A DNA stretch of 63,838 bases, the filler included, from Basidiobolus ranarum (taxonomy: Eukaryota), in the NCBI GenBank assembly GCA_040143965.1. It is 7 parts of 7 records of this genome, joined end to end, with 100 filler letters (N's around TTAATTAATTAA, not from the genome) between each part and the next. Parts side by side here need not be neighbours in the genome. Positions count along the whole stretch, not along the records: positions 9,150 to 18,193 come from JASJQH010000879.1; positions 18,294 to 27,332 come from JASJQH010000880.1; 5 more parts are not named here. One strand, written 5' to 3'. The translations under genes were made by a program, and so were the position numbers. Below, piece after piece: positions 11,093-23,363 of the stretch. Within the stretch, counting starts at the first letter, position 1. Every line of letters starts with the position of its first letter. The notes under the pieces are model-generated. The model was not told where the DNA came from, made no database searches, and worked only from the letters and a program-made list of their open reading frames with translations.

Positions 11093-12031
11093 ATGGGTCT
11101 CGTTTGGATATTCTTGGTCCTTTTCATCCTTGGCTCGTTCTATTTTTTTAACGGTAAACTTATCACCAATAATAATTCCGTCACTGGGGATGTGAAAAAG
11201 GTAAATAAAAAGAAGAAAAAGAAGAGTAAAGGAAAAACAGATGAAACAGAAATACCCTTAGTGGAAACTACCGAACCTACTCAGAAAAAAGGGAAGAATT
11301 TAAAGAAAAAATCCCAGTTAGAACCCGTGAAGTCAAAAGTGGAACCAGTAGTGGAGATTCCAACTAAAACTCCTACTACTAACGAACCAAAAAAGTCCAA
11401 AAAATCCACCCCTGTAAAACCGGAGACTTCTCCTAAAGAAACCCCCAAACTTAATACTTCAAAGGTGGAAAAACCTAAGCAACAACCGGCTACTTCCCTT
11501 AAGAAAACCAAAAAAACTTCTAACCAACAAAAGAAAGGAACTCCTTCGGTTCAGCCTACTATCAATGAGAAAAAAGAACCTGAGGAACCTTGGTACAGAG
11601 AAGAAGCGGAAAAACCCCCAGCAAGAGTTATGAAAATTAAAGGACCTGATCCAGAAAGTGCTTCCGAGGAAGAGCCAGAAGAAGGTTGGGTAAAGATTAA
11701 GAGAACCGTTCATTCACCAAAAATGACTCCGGCTCCCACCAATATCGAATTATTGAACGAAAAAACTGTCACTGGTCAATCAGTTCTATCCAAAACACAA
11801 CGTAAGAATGCACGTCGTGCTTTGAAGAGAAAGGAAGAGAGAGAAGCGTTTCAGGGTCAGCAAGAAATACGTCTTCGTCAGCATCGTCGAGAGCAAATGA
11901 ACGCAAGAATCCATTCCAAGGATTATGCTCCTCAACCACAAGCATCTAGTTGGAATGTCCCTGGAGCTGCAGACTCCGATGAAGATTCGGAGAAGCGTTC
12001 TGAACAAGGCGGCTTAATCTGGGATGTTTAA
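11093..12031 (+). CDS. Hypothetical single-pass membrane protein with Lys/Pro/Glu-rich low-complexity region
   Basis: Intronless 312-aa ORF; N-terminal hydrophobic anchor followed by poly-K; basic helical C-terminal segment (SKTQRKNARRALKRKEERE); pyrimidine-rich 5' leader. Confidence 0.75.
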   Translation: MGLVWIFLVLFILGSFYFFNGKLITNNNSVTGDVKKVNKKKKKKSKGKTDETEIPLVETTEPTQKKGKNLKKKSQLEPVKSKVEPVVEIPTKTPTTNEPKKSKKSTPVKPETSPKETPKLNTSKVEKPKQQPATSLKKTKKTSNQQKKGTPSVQPTINEKKEPEEPWYREEAEKPPARVMKIKGPDPESASEEEPEEGWVKIKRTVHSPKMTPAPTNIELLNEKTVTGQSVLSKTQRKNARRALKRKEEREAFQGQQEIRLRQHRREQMNARIHSKDYAPQPQASSWNVPGAADSDEDSEKRSEQGGLIWDV

Positions 12032-12654
12032 ACACCCATTACAAGTTGATGCTGATGATGGCTACAGGCTTAGTATATCTTCACATTTCCACTCGTTGTC
12101 ACCATAATCTAAGTTTTGAAAGTCAATAAACCGTTTGCTCAAATGCATTAAACAAGTACAGCCATAAAATATTCAGTTGAACGATCGTGCAGATAAGAAT
12201 AAGATAACAAAGATAGTAACCCAAGTCCTGGATTTACACTTAGAGTTAAATACAACAAACAAAGTAAATTAATGCACACAGGTAGTAGAACCGATTGGAT
12301 CCCACACAATCGGAGTCGAGAATGGTACACAATGCCCCATGATGAAGAGATTCAACAAGCTAGAACCTTTACTGATGCACTACAATAAGCTAGAACGAAG
12401 AAACTTACCTGGCCCAATCTTTCATATCTTGTTTATCTGACACAACTCGACTGATTCCAGAGCTTGGCCAGAACTTGCGCAACCTCAGTTGATCTGGTAC
12501 ATGATCGAAAAAATGAATACCATCTAGGCAGAGCGGATTGGTATTATGGGATAGTGTGCTTTTGAAGTCTAACTCTATATGTTGAGATTAATCTGCATTT
12601 ATCTGGATTTACCAGGCAGAGTGGCATGAACAAATGGGGTCGATTTGTATTCAC

Positions 12655-12739
12655 CTAAGACTGGAGCTTTATCTGTATCGCACCTTGTATCGTACCTTGT
12701 CTTCATCTAAGACTGGAGTTTTATCTGTATCGCACCTTG
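12655..12739 (+). repeat. Two 33-bp direct repeats (CTAAGACTGGAGYTTTATCTGTATCGCACCTTG)
   Basis: Copies at 12655-12687 and 12707-12739, one mismatch. Confidence 0.8.
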
Positions 12740-13874
12740 GAATACTCAGTATCTGCATACGTATCCGTATCTAGTTTGAAACATAAACAATCCTGCTAAA
12801 TTTTTGTCCTGTAGCTAACCCTAACCCTATCCCCAACCCTATTCCGACGACTCCAACCGCGGTGGAATTACTTTAACTGTATCAGGAAATACCGCTGCGA
12901 AATTCCCATGGTTTATTTATAGAAAGGATTAATCAACACAAAGTCTCAAAAATCCGATAACTTAATACATCAGTTTTCCACCATCAAGAGAAAGCCCCTA
13001 ACTTAACTAGGAAATAGATTAAAAGTACAAGATCAAGTGATTAGGCACTGAAGAAAGTGCAGAGAAAGTACAGATTAAAAGAATAAGATCCAGTGCAGAT
13101 GAAAAGAATAAGATCAAGTGATACTGAAACTGGAGTGCTGCTGCCCAAGTGGAAGCGTAGTGTGACCTTAGTTGTTTAAGGATTGGTTTTCTTTGTGTGC
13201 ACACGATGTTGCTCTTCCATCGTTCTGCCTTGTTCGACTATGTCTTTAACGCTTCCATTTGCAGTCACACTTCATCTATTGTTGTTGTGGACACAGCTAG
13301 ATCAATTAAAGACGCAACTAGGTCAGATATACTTGACCTAGACTTCCGTTCTCAAGGCATTAGGCGAGCTGATTGAACTCTGAGCCATTCACTACAAGTG
13401 CCTGAATACCCAAATCCCCTAGAACAGGGCCAAAGCGTTGCGGATAATGCATGAGTCTCGACCAGGAATTGAGAATCCCATCAAATAATACACATTAACA
13501 AATTGATCGGATAAACCAATGAGCTTGTGTAAATCAATAGATTGAGGAGACACGGAAACGGTATATATTTCCTAATGAATCGAGGCCTAGAATAGCCAAC
13601 CCTGTACGATCTGGAAACTTCATTTCACTTGGCTAGGTGTATTGATGGAAGATGAGTGTGCGTCTGTTAACGAGGGTCTAGTTCTCGGCAAGCCTTCTGA
13701 CGTTATGTTGGGTCATCACTTATATATATCTAGCCGATCCTTTTTTTCTCTTGGATTTCAATATATCTGTCTTTACACATCAAATACCAACCAACTTTTC
13801 CTTTGCTTTTCCCAGTAGTATCCAAAATTCCTTCCCTTCACTTCGATACCAGTCTTTATACAAGCGTATTAAAT

Positions 13875-15284
13875 ATGCCACCGCTTCACTCCTCCCTGGG
13901 CTCTTCTCCTCCCTCCAATCAGCATACTCCTATCACAGTGTGTGTTGTTGGCGCTGGGAGTAAGGCCTCTACTTATTACCACTTTGCCCTAAAATATCCC
14001 CACTTAATGAAAGTCGTAGCTATCGTCTCACCTGTAAAGTTTAGACGTAACACACTAGCTCAGGTAAATACATCACACACTATAGTACGTTTGTAGGAAT
14101 AAGTTACTAACAGCTAGATACAATCTCACAGAGACTGGACCTTCCCTCAGAGCGAGTGTTCTCTGACTGGCGAGAGCTTGCTGCTATCCCCAAAATAGCC
14201 GACGCCGTACTTATCACCACTACCGACTCTTCTTTGTACGAAGCCAGCATCTTGTTTGCTCAAAAGAAATACCATATTTTATTAGAAGAACCTCAAAATA
14301 TCGACATCCAAAGATGTCACACTATCGTTGAGGTTGCTGCTCAGAATTCGGTGGTTTTCTCTGTGGGAAATCCCATTCGACACACATCATGTAATCGTAC
14401 ATTGAAAAAAATCATCGATTCAGGATCCATTGGCGAGATAATGAGCATTCAACATCTGGAAAGGATCGGATTCCAATCCTTACCTTACTCAGTACGTATA
14501 CACATTATCTATACTTCCCTTTTCCTCCTGTTCAATCAAGCTGACCTTTACTTTCTATTAGTTCGCCAAGAGCTCACGTAAACACCATTCTCTTGCACTC
14601 GTTTCCAAAAATATCGATGCCATCGATCTGGTCAGTTGGCTTATGGATGCTCCGTGCCGTAGAGTTAGTGCTTTCGGAACCATCTTTCAAAATACCAACA
14701 AAAAATCCGAACGTACTTTCATAAATAACAGCTCTTGTATGAACCCAGTGGTTATCCAAGAGTCGAGATGGGCACCTTACTCGAATGAATCTATATACTA
14801 TGACCTTTCCTCCCCTTTCAACGATCATGCCATCGATCCCTGTGGTCCCTTGGAAACTGAAAGTTATGATAACCATGTTGTCAACATGGAGTTTGACGAA
14901 GGAAAAACTTGCAGTTTCACCATGATTTCTGGTGGTTCAGTCAACTCCCGTACAACTCGTATCTTTGGCACACTAGGAGAGCTTGAGTGTGATGGAAATG
15001 TTATCCGACAATTTGACTTTCTCACTCGTCGTAGTGAATTGATTCGACCTGATGTAAATGCTGCATTCCAAGCAACCGAAGATGATGGTGATTATGGTCT
15101 CATGGAAGAATTTTTAGAAGACATTCGTTGGGGACGTGGTCAATGGGGTCGTGAATACGGCTTCGAGGGCCTTCGCTCTAGAATGTACGCTCTTGCTGCC
15201 GAACAAGCCAGAACATCTGGTTCAGTAGTGAATATTGATGATTGTTGTAGCAATTTGTTTGGCGATATTATGGAGGTGTGCTAA
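13875..15284 (+). CDS. Gfo/Idh/MocA-family oxidoreductase-like protein (3 exons), divergent active site
   Basis: VCVVGAG Rossmann start, VFSDWRELAAIPKIADAVLIT, HILLEEP, IIDSGSIGEIMSIQHLERIG, RTTRIFGTLGELECDG; introns at about 14064-14131 and 14492-14561. Confidence 0.85.
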
Positions 15285-17324
15285 ACTATGATCCTGATTC
15301 ACTTTGTTCGGTTTATTTCCATCGCTTTTCCTTCATACAATGTTCTATATCCACACTTGATTATCTAGAAGTAGTCCGCTACTACATTACATCCCCCTCC
15401 CCCTCTGCTTTTCTCATTTTATTCACCACTACTCTTATATCCTTGTTTAATTCACTTCTCTCTCGTGCAAAACCGTTTGTTTATATTACCAACTGACATT
15501 GACTTCCCTCGGCTTTTCCCTTGCTTTCCCAAACCTTGACTTTGCTTTTCCCAAACCCACACCTTGATTTCCTATGGGCTCTAACCCAACCTCGACACAT
15601 CTTCAACCAATATTTGACCATGTGTCGAGTGGTTTCATGGCAAAAATACATTAACCATCCTTGTATAAATCAGATGTAATTATGTTAATTTAAGACCCAG
15701 TAAAAGTAAGAAACAATAGAATTTTATCTATTGTATCTAATTTATTGGTTTATGATAATAGTAATGGTAATGATAATGGTGATAGTGGTAGGGGATTGGC
15801 TAGGAATGTTGGTCTGGAAGATTAGTAAAATTTGACTGATTATATTGTTCTAGCCTTCATCTAGAAATGGAAAATGGATTCGAAGAATTCTCACTGAGTC
15901 GTCATGTTGGTTTTAAGTAAAGTGGGTCAGAGTGGTCACTTTGTTGATTGGAAATTTTGAGGCTTCAAATTTGATGCCCACTTGAGTACTGTGGATGTCA
16001 AGTGTTGTGGGTGGTGGTTGTGCAGGTGAGCGGGTATGATATGCGGATATGTGGATCTACCTTCGAGAAGATATTCCCGACACTATTCCGTGAATGCCAT
16101 AATTATTCCATTCTCTTAATGCCTCCATATCTCGATCCTTACCATATTAAGAAGGAATTCTTAAGAATCCTAAATCTTAGTTCTGAGAATCCCTAGAGTT
16201 TAATAGCCATCTAACGCCATCCTTGTTAGATGGATGACTAAGAATTTTTCAAAAATATTATGCAATCTCATGTCTAGATCACTGTTCTTTTATGTAACTA
16301 TCACTGATGCACTTCGCACTTTACATGTTATATTTTCATTTTTACATCTAGTAAATGCTATATCCAGGATTAGATAATCTTAACGATGTGTATCATTTCT
16401 TTTATTAGTGTTTCAATACAAATAGTTCAGAGTCTAGCTTCATAAAATCTACATACATTGATCAAAATTCCATATAGAAGTAATGCTATCAATATGCGAC
16501 TTAATTTTACTTGTATCTATACTATCTATTTAGGTTAGTTCCTGCTTTTGTAAAAATTCTCTTTTTATGTGAGATAATGGTTGTTCCATGTTCGTGTAGA
16601 CAAGTTACATAAGCGAGTCCCCTATATACTCAATTTTGAATATAATTCATTACTCAGTTACTTCGAACTCTAAACTTGGTTTCAATGCTTTATCTTAGTA
16701 TATTATTACTGGACTTGAGTTGTATGAATATCCTGCTGAATTTTGCTTTGTTTAAATTAAAAGGTAAACCAACCAAAACATAAATATCGATTCTTGGTCA
16801 TGTGACCCTTGTAGAAAAATAATGTACTTAAATATAATGTTTGAATCAATAACGTAAAATAGTTATTGAATTTCAAAGAGCATAGCTCTACAAATATGTC
16901 TCTAATGCATTGGATGATGAGCTTATATATATGTACATGATAGCATCTGACAAGTGTTATTGCAATTCATGGTCTTGTATTTATCATTTTTTAATTATGA
17001 TTTTTGTTTCTCATTTATTGACATACACCACAAGGTTTTACATTAAACTTTCAATATTCTATCAGTTACTTCGGGGTAATGAATTTTGTGACTATATATT
17101 TGATTGCATATTATTTCGAGATTTTACTCTCATAAACATTACTATGTAACTGTATACATCTCTTTTCTAAGCAAATGTCAATCTTTTAGACTACTAGCCC
17201 TTTTTGACTGAAATGCCACAAACAAAAACTGGGACTAGATACTGAAAATAAGTGGGATGAAATGATCTCTTCTGGGGTTAACTTAGGCAGCAGTGAAATT
17301 TTCAAGTTCAACATTTCAAAGGGC

Positions 17325-17598
17325 TTGAAAGGCAGTGGGAAGCAATTTACAGAACTGGAAGAATTGGTGGTTTTCACCAATTGATATGTCTAGTAGAAAG
17401 TTAACCTTTATAGTTTGGTCACTGGATAAGCAAATACATGTGTAGAATGTGTTTGGGAAGGTCCTAGAAACATGTGTGCCAAGTTTGGGGCTTCTAGCAT
17501 TGGTGTAAGAAAGTGGGTGATATCTAAGAGAAGTGTACAGTAGCAAAAACTAAGCTATAAATGACTATATAGGAGTTTAGGTAATACTGATTTCAACA
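17325..17598 (-). mobile_element. Degenerate LTR of the same family, internally deleted
   Basis: Reverse complement starts TGTTGAAATCAGTATTACCTAAACTCCTATATAGTCAT and contains GAAAACCACCAATTC, matching copies A and B. Confidence 0.7.
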
Positions 17599-18059
17599 AA
17601 ATGAAGGTGATCAACTTTAGCAGCAGTTAACTGCCATGTCCATTCTATGCTTAGGCACATTCATACAACACAACATAAATATTCATGGTATTGAATGCAT
17701 GAAGCTTTCTAAGTAATCCTTACATCAGCAATGAGATACTAACATTCTGTGAGACAACTACCTGTCAGTTGATTAATTAATCTGTAATGCCTTAGTTACC
17801 TTTGGCTATGATACATATATCATAAGTAAGAAAGCCTTGCATTTATAACCCCTGGATTTTGATTTGGAATATTTGCAAATGAACAAAAATAGTATCATTG
17901 ATTACTTCACACTTAACTCTCATATTTTATTACACACCCATCAAAGTATCTCAAATAATTAACTTCACCATTATTAATAGATCTACATATTCTGCTAAAA
18001 ATAAAGCAGTTAAAATAGTATCCCAAGTTGCCTTTAAGTCTCAAAGTTTATCTTCTGTA

Positions 18060-18193
18060 TGTTGAAATTAGCATTGCCTAAACACCTATATAGTCATATA
18101 TAGCTTAGTACTTAGTTATCTTATAATTCACTAGGATATTATCAATTATTCTCAATTGGAATTTACTTAGAATATTTTTACCAACTTAGAAGT
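18060..18193 (+). mobile_element. LTR of the same family, cut by contig end
   Basis: TGTTGAAATTAGCATTGCCTAAACACCTATATAGTCAT... nearly identical to the 5' 134 bp of copies A and B. Confidence 0.85.
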
Positions 18194-18293
18194 NNNNNNN
18201 NNNNNNNNNNNNNNNNNNNNNNNNNNNNNNNNNNNNNTTAATTAATTAANNNNNNNNNNNNNNNNNNNNNNNNNNNNNNNNNNNNNNNNNNNN
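18194..18293. other. Artificial contig-join spacer
   Basis: N44-TTAATTAATTAA-N44. Confidence 0.97.
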
Positions 18294-19209
18294 CGAATAT
18301 TACGTGATCAAATTCCTCCTCATTTCCAGAATCGTCGCGAACAAGTGTTTTACCGTTGGAGGCTCGAGTGACCGAAGTCACGCCGGTGGAGGTTCTAACA
18401 TCCTTTAGCTTCTCTACAATCTTTTTAACGTAACTATGACTATATAAATCGGAATTAGTTTAATATATCAGGGCTATATTATATTCGGATTGACTACGAT
18501 ACCTTCCGTTCTTCACGGTTAACCATTGTGGCCGGTTAGTGATTTGGAGAAGACAATGGTTGTGCATGAATTTAATCAGAATGTAGGCAGGAAATTCAAG
18601 GCTACATTTATCGGGCGGGGTGGACCAGATAGCAGCTGTCATTGGTAACAAATAATTCCTCCGGAAAGCTTCTGAATAATTCTTACGGTCAAGGAACTCC
18701 CCCACGGTTATCTCACGGTCAGGGTGGCCTTCAGGTAAGGAAATAATCTCAGTGGCCTCGAAATTGAATTTTATGATATCATAAACGGTCTGCCACATAG
18801 GAATAGAATAAAGATTTTCGTGCTGTGCAAACAAGGTCAGCAGATTGTTCCCAGCCCATTCAAATTCACCTTTATCCCGAGATACGGAGAAAGACATGTC
18901 TGAGTCGATATATTCTACACCGAGGTGTCGAAAGAATTGTAAAAGATTGGGATAGGTAAGGTTGTTGAAGACAATAAACCCAGTGTCAACAGGCACTTCA
19001 GCTCCAATGTCTTGTGCTTTGTCATTACCCTTATCACCTGTGGGCCGAGTAGCTATGGAACAGCTTGGAACGCGATAATCCACAGTGTGAGTATGGCCAC
19101 CTACGTAATCATTCTTCTCGTAGAGTGTCACGTTATGATCGGAGTGCTCACTCAATGCCCACGCTGCTCCTAGTCCAGAGACACCAGAGCCAATGATTGC
19201 AACTTTCAT
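18294..19209 (-). CDS. FAD-dependent oxidoreductase (amine-oxidase fold, COG2907-like); 3'-truncated
   Basis: MKVAIIGSGVSGL, YVGGHTHT, VDTGFIVFNNLTYPNL, PMTAAIWS, RPQWLTVKNG; intron 18440-18502; second exon runs to FDHVIF at the contig edge. Confidence 0.88.
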
Positions 19210-20343
19210 AATTTCAGGCTTACAAGTCCAAAGATGTTCTCCTATTAGTGAGCAGAATTCGTTTTATAGGTGTACTGAAACCCTATATATCCCCCTGCTA
19301 GCGCCTCCAACCCTAGCAATTGTCGTTACCATTGCTCACGGGGAGTAATCAACGGTGTGATTGATTAATCGAAATCATGGTACAAACGGTTGAATATCGA
19401 ATCAAGCGATTTCAAGTTTATGGTGTGACAAACAATACATATCGGAGAGACAACGAGATCGAGAAATATTTAGATGGTTTCGATATGGATGCCAAAGAGA
19501 ATCTAAATTCAACATGCTCTGGCATCGCCTTAATTACATTTCACTTAATTTAGCCAGTATCTGACAGAAAATGTTGCCGATTGGCTCTGTCCAGACACAA
19601 TACCATTGCACCATATTATACTCTGCTGGTTACGTTGTTGTCTTCATTAGTACAAATTCGTGGATTAAGATGAGCATTATCCCACCACAAATAAGACCGA
19701 TTTATATTACTGATAGATAGGGTATTGATTACTGCTGTAACTGTAAAACACGTTTGGCACCGTCCGTGATGTTGTTGATAGATGTTTCGTTCTGTCATTT
19801 ATCATAGCAATCAATTTAAGAGCCAGGGTTACTTGACTTGATAGACATGGCACTTGTCTCAACAAAAGTGGATAGCTTGACTGCTTGCACTTAGACGTCG
19901 AATAAATCAAGATTTATCTTGACTTCGATAGCTAGCTTACAATACGGTATTTGTGTTGCTGACTGATTCAACAAACTTGTCAGCGATAACCCAGGATGAT
20001 CTGCTTTTGTGTTGAAAACTCGCTTAAACTAATACTAGAATAGTACATTGCATATCTGCTTTTGATTTATTTTACCTGCTTGTGTAGAATATGTGAATCC
20101 TATTTCCAGGTTGATATACGTATAGCTTAGACTGTAGAGTCAAAGGTCTTCGTTGTATGTGGTGTTCACCTCGATTAAGGTTACTATTCGTTAGCTACCA
20201 AAATGGTTGTTTGGATGAGGAAGAAATTCCAACGTAACTAACTCTATTCTCCAGCTACTTTCATTATGGCTGGGCACTATCTGGAGAGCTTTGTGTTAAA
20301 TATTTAGGATCAGAACATCAGTATTTTCAATAGTTTTCATGAG

Positions 20344-20665
20344 TTGTATAGGCTAAAGGCAACTATTAAAGATACTCAAAGCTTGAAGAAAGTTATAACC
20401 AAAGTTTGGGAAAAAAGGACAATCAAGTTTATTTCAGGATTAGTGGCAAGTATGGGGAGAAGGTGCAAACATTCATCTATGCCCAGGGAAACAAAGAGTA
20501 GAATAATTTGTTTTTATTTTCTAAAATGGAACATGTATAACTTTAAAAAAAATGCTATGATGTTAGTCTATGCTGTTCATCAGTAAGTTTGATATTAGAG
20601 GTGAGTGTTTATTATGCTTTTTTTTGCAATCTTTGGACAAAACAATACTAACCTTGCCCTGACTG
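20344..20665 (+). mobile_element. Tc1/mariner transposon relic (transposase C-terminus plus right end)
   Basis: LKKVITKVWEK...LVASMGRRC resembles the Tc1 C-terminal L...W...L..SM..R segment; the element ends ...GACTG followed by TA; CpG-free. Confidence 0.55.
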
Positions 20666-20667
20666 TA

Positions 20668-21827
20668 TGTTAACATAGATGGGAGAAGTCACAAAACTTG
20701 TCAAAAACTGCTAAACCTTCTCTCCCACTTTCATGGTGCTCTAGCAATATAAAACTGTGGTTATTTTTTTATTTAACACCCCCTCTTGTATTGAATTCAG
20801 TAAGCTAGTTCTATATTTTACTGAACTATGCTTGTTGAGCCCAAGAGAAAAGTGAATAAAAGGTCTTGAACTTTGCTCAACCAAAGAAATAGTTAAGTGC
20901 AGAATCTTAGAACAGTTTAAGTAAAGGTTATTAACTGAGCATATCTAACTAACATAGGTCTTGGGAATAGCAGAGGTTTGCTATGTTACACTTGAGAGTA
21001 GGTTTGCTAGGCATCTAGGCTTGGTATTCTGTATATGCTAGTAGATACTAGGCTTAGATAGAAAACTAGAATGAGAATGTGATAATCCTTGAGATACACT
21101 AGGCAGATATTGAGAAACTAGTATTTGTTGAGACACATACTATACCAAAAGGTTCAGTTAGCTTTATTAAATACTTTTGCTTAGCAAAGTGAATTAGTCA
21201 GCATCAAGATAATGGATGACTAATTCTGATAAAAGAGAAGTATGTTTAGATAGATACATAGGTGAGTCATACAGCAGGAGAAGTCTTGGCAGTGAAAGAT
21301 CATTGATTCTAATTCTTACAACTCATGTTGACTTGTGTCTTGCCAGAAGACTTGGTGGTTAATACTGATTGGATAATGATAATATGATTGGGTACATGAT
21401 GGAGTGGCTAGATAAGGTCAGGTGGCTGGTTAGCCATAGTGTTTAACTAAGCAGATACTTATGCAAGTTAAATAGGGCTGGCATAAGTTCAGTAACTTTG
21501 TGTGTTGGTTCACAACATTGCTTGAAGTATTTTGGGAGCTGTTGGAAGTTTTTTGGGAACTAGAAGCATTGGAGGTTTTCAATTAATGATTTATTGAGTG
21601 TAAGTTGACATTTACACTTTTGTCACAAGGTAAGCAAACCAATATGAACAATATGCTTAGGATGGTGCCAGGAATATGTGTACAAAGTTTGGGGTCTCTT
21701 GGATAAGTCTGAGAAAAGTCATATAATCTTCAAACTTCCAAGTAGGTTCCTCATGAAGATATCTCATAATAACATATTGAAATTTAGGTAGCTGACTATA
21801 CAACTATATATAATGTCATTATCAACA
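20668..21827 (-). mobile_element. Decayed LTR-retroelement remnant: diverged LTR (21520-21827), degenerate internal DNA, polypurine tract
   Basis: 21520-21827 aligns by eye with the LTR family, closest to 55077-55413; PPT-like AAGAGGGGG directly before TGTT at 20779-20787 on the minus strand; no intact ORF. Confidence 0.5.
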
Positions 21828-23363
21828 CTATGCTCAAGATTTTTGATTCATCTCAAACTCACAACACATATATTGGGCCCAGCCTGATGGTACAGATTTA
21901 GAATTTAATATAAGAGAGAACTTTTGATTAAAACTGATTACCTGAGGGTGCTAGAGGGGGCTAAATGGACCTGCACAGAATATTTGATCTAAATATGAAA
22001 TATACAGTACTACCTGGTCAATATATGGAAACTAGTTGAATAAAATACATTAGTGACTAAATTAAATTAGGTGACTGTGTTAGATATCTAGCATTGAAGA
22101 TGGAAATCGGCAATTCAAGTACCTGTACCATCGAAAAGTATAAACAGTAATGCGTAATGGAAATTTTACTTACCTCCAATGAGGCTCACATAGTATATCT
22201 GGCGCACTATATACAAGAGAACTACCTTTGTCAGCTTCTAAGGCTTTTTATATCTGATTTGCCTAGAGTCGGCCCCAATAATATATACATTTAAAAACCA
22301 TGCTAACCAAGATATCAGTAATTATTGAAGAGGAATATCGGTATTCTGGATCATATAGGTCCTACAAATCACCCCATATGTCTCTAAATGGCATTTTAAA
22401 ACAGTATCTCATGATTACATCAATCAAGTAGCTCTAAGATTGCCTCTGTGAACTGAGTTGTCATACTGATTATATTCATTAAAATTGATAAGAATGGATT
22501 ATCGAATCTGCTTCATCTATCCACTTTCTAGAACTGTGGATCGCTATATCCTTGAAATGTTTAGAGGATTCTTACTTAGGGTTGGGGTTAGGAAACTGCT
22601 CCTCAATTGTATGGGTGATTCATTTCTCGTACTTGTTTTCCCCATAAGATCAGACAACGAAAAATATGGGCTCACCATTAAGAGCAAACACTTCTTCAGC
22701 CACTTGGTGATTGGGTTGGGGCAAACGGCATCAGGGGGACTACGTGTTCATAACACACGCAAACCATTCCCTGAACGCTACTACTTATTTCCATCATGAT
22801 TTCCAATCTGAAATATCTGCCTTGCCTTAAACACCTCACTGAGTAACAGAACTTTTCTGGTCACAAATTGGAGGAGCTCTTGCATCCATCAACAGCAAGA
22901 AAAAAGAAAATATAGCGTGGGATTTATTAAAAAATCAGTATGAGTCACAGAAGCCCAATCCTAGTACTTCTTGGATCGCATCTGGATTGAGTGGTTTTAT
23001 TCAAGAGTCAACATATACCAACTTGGGCAACCAGGTTCAATCCAGTTTTCAGAGAAATTCTACTCCACATTGTTTATTGAATAAGAATTGGTTCCTAGAA
23101 CGTATAGTACAAATGTAACTCGACCGATTTAGAATCCGAGTTGAGATTTGGTTCCCCTTTCTTGGTTTTCAGAACATATATGCTAGGAATAGGTACTATA
23201 TAGTGTTAGATTATCGAGTGTCGAAATCTAAATTGATCCGAAGCGTGCCGGTCGCGAAATTGACCGATTGTTCCAAATAGAATGTCGAATAAGATATTGT
23301 AGAGGCGAAGTAAACAAATGTTCATATGATGCAATCCATAGAATTCATTGAGAGTAAAGTAGT

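Noticed and set aside
12339-12455. C/D snoRNA-like boxes (ATGATGA...CTGA); similar pair near 44842-44887
   Set aside because: Spacing too short or no terminal stem, and I could not identify an rRNA-complementary guide.
12655-12739. CRISPR-like repeat-spacer-repeat
   Set aside because: Only two units, the 19-bp spacer is itself partly a repeat fragment, there are no cas genes, and the context is eukaryotic.
16207-16240. 9-bp hairpin CCATCTAAC/GTTAGATGG followed by CTAA as a Helitron 3' end
   Set aside because: Single occurrence with no matching 5' end or second copy in the window.
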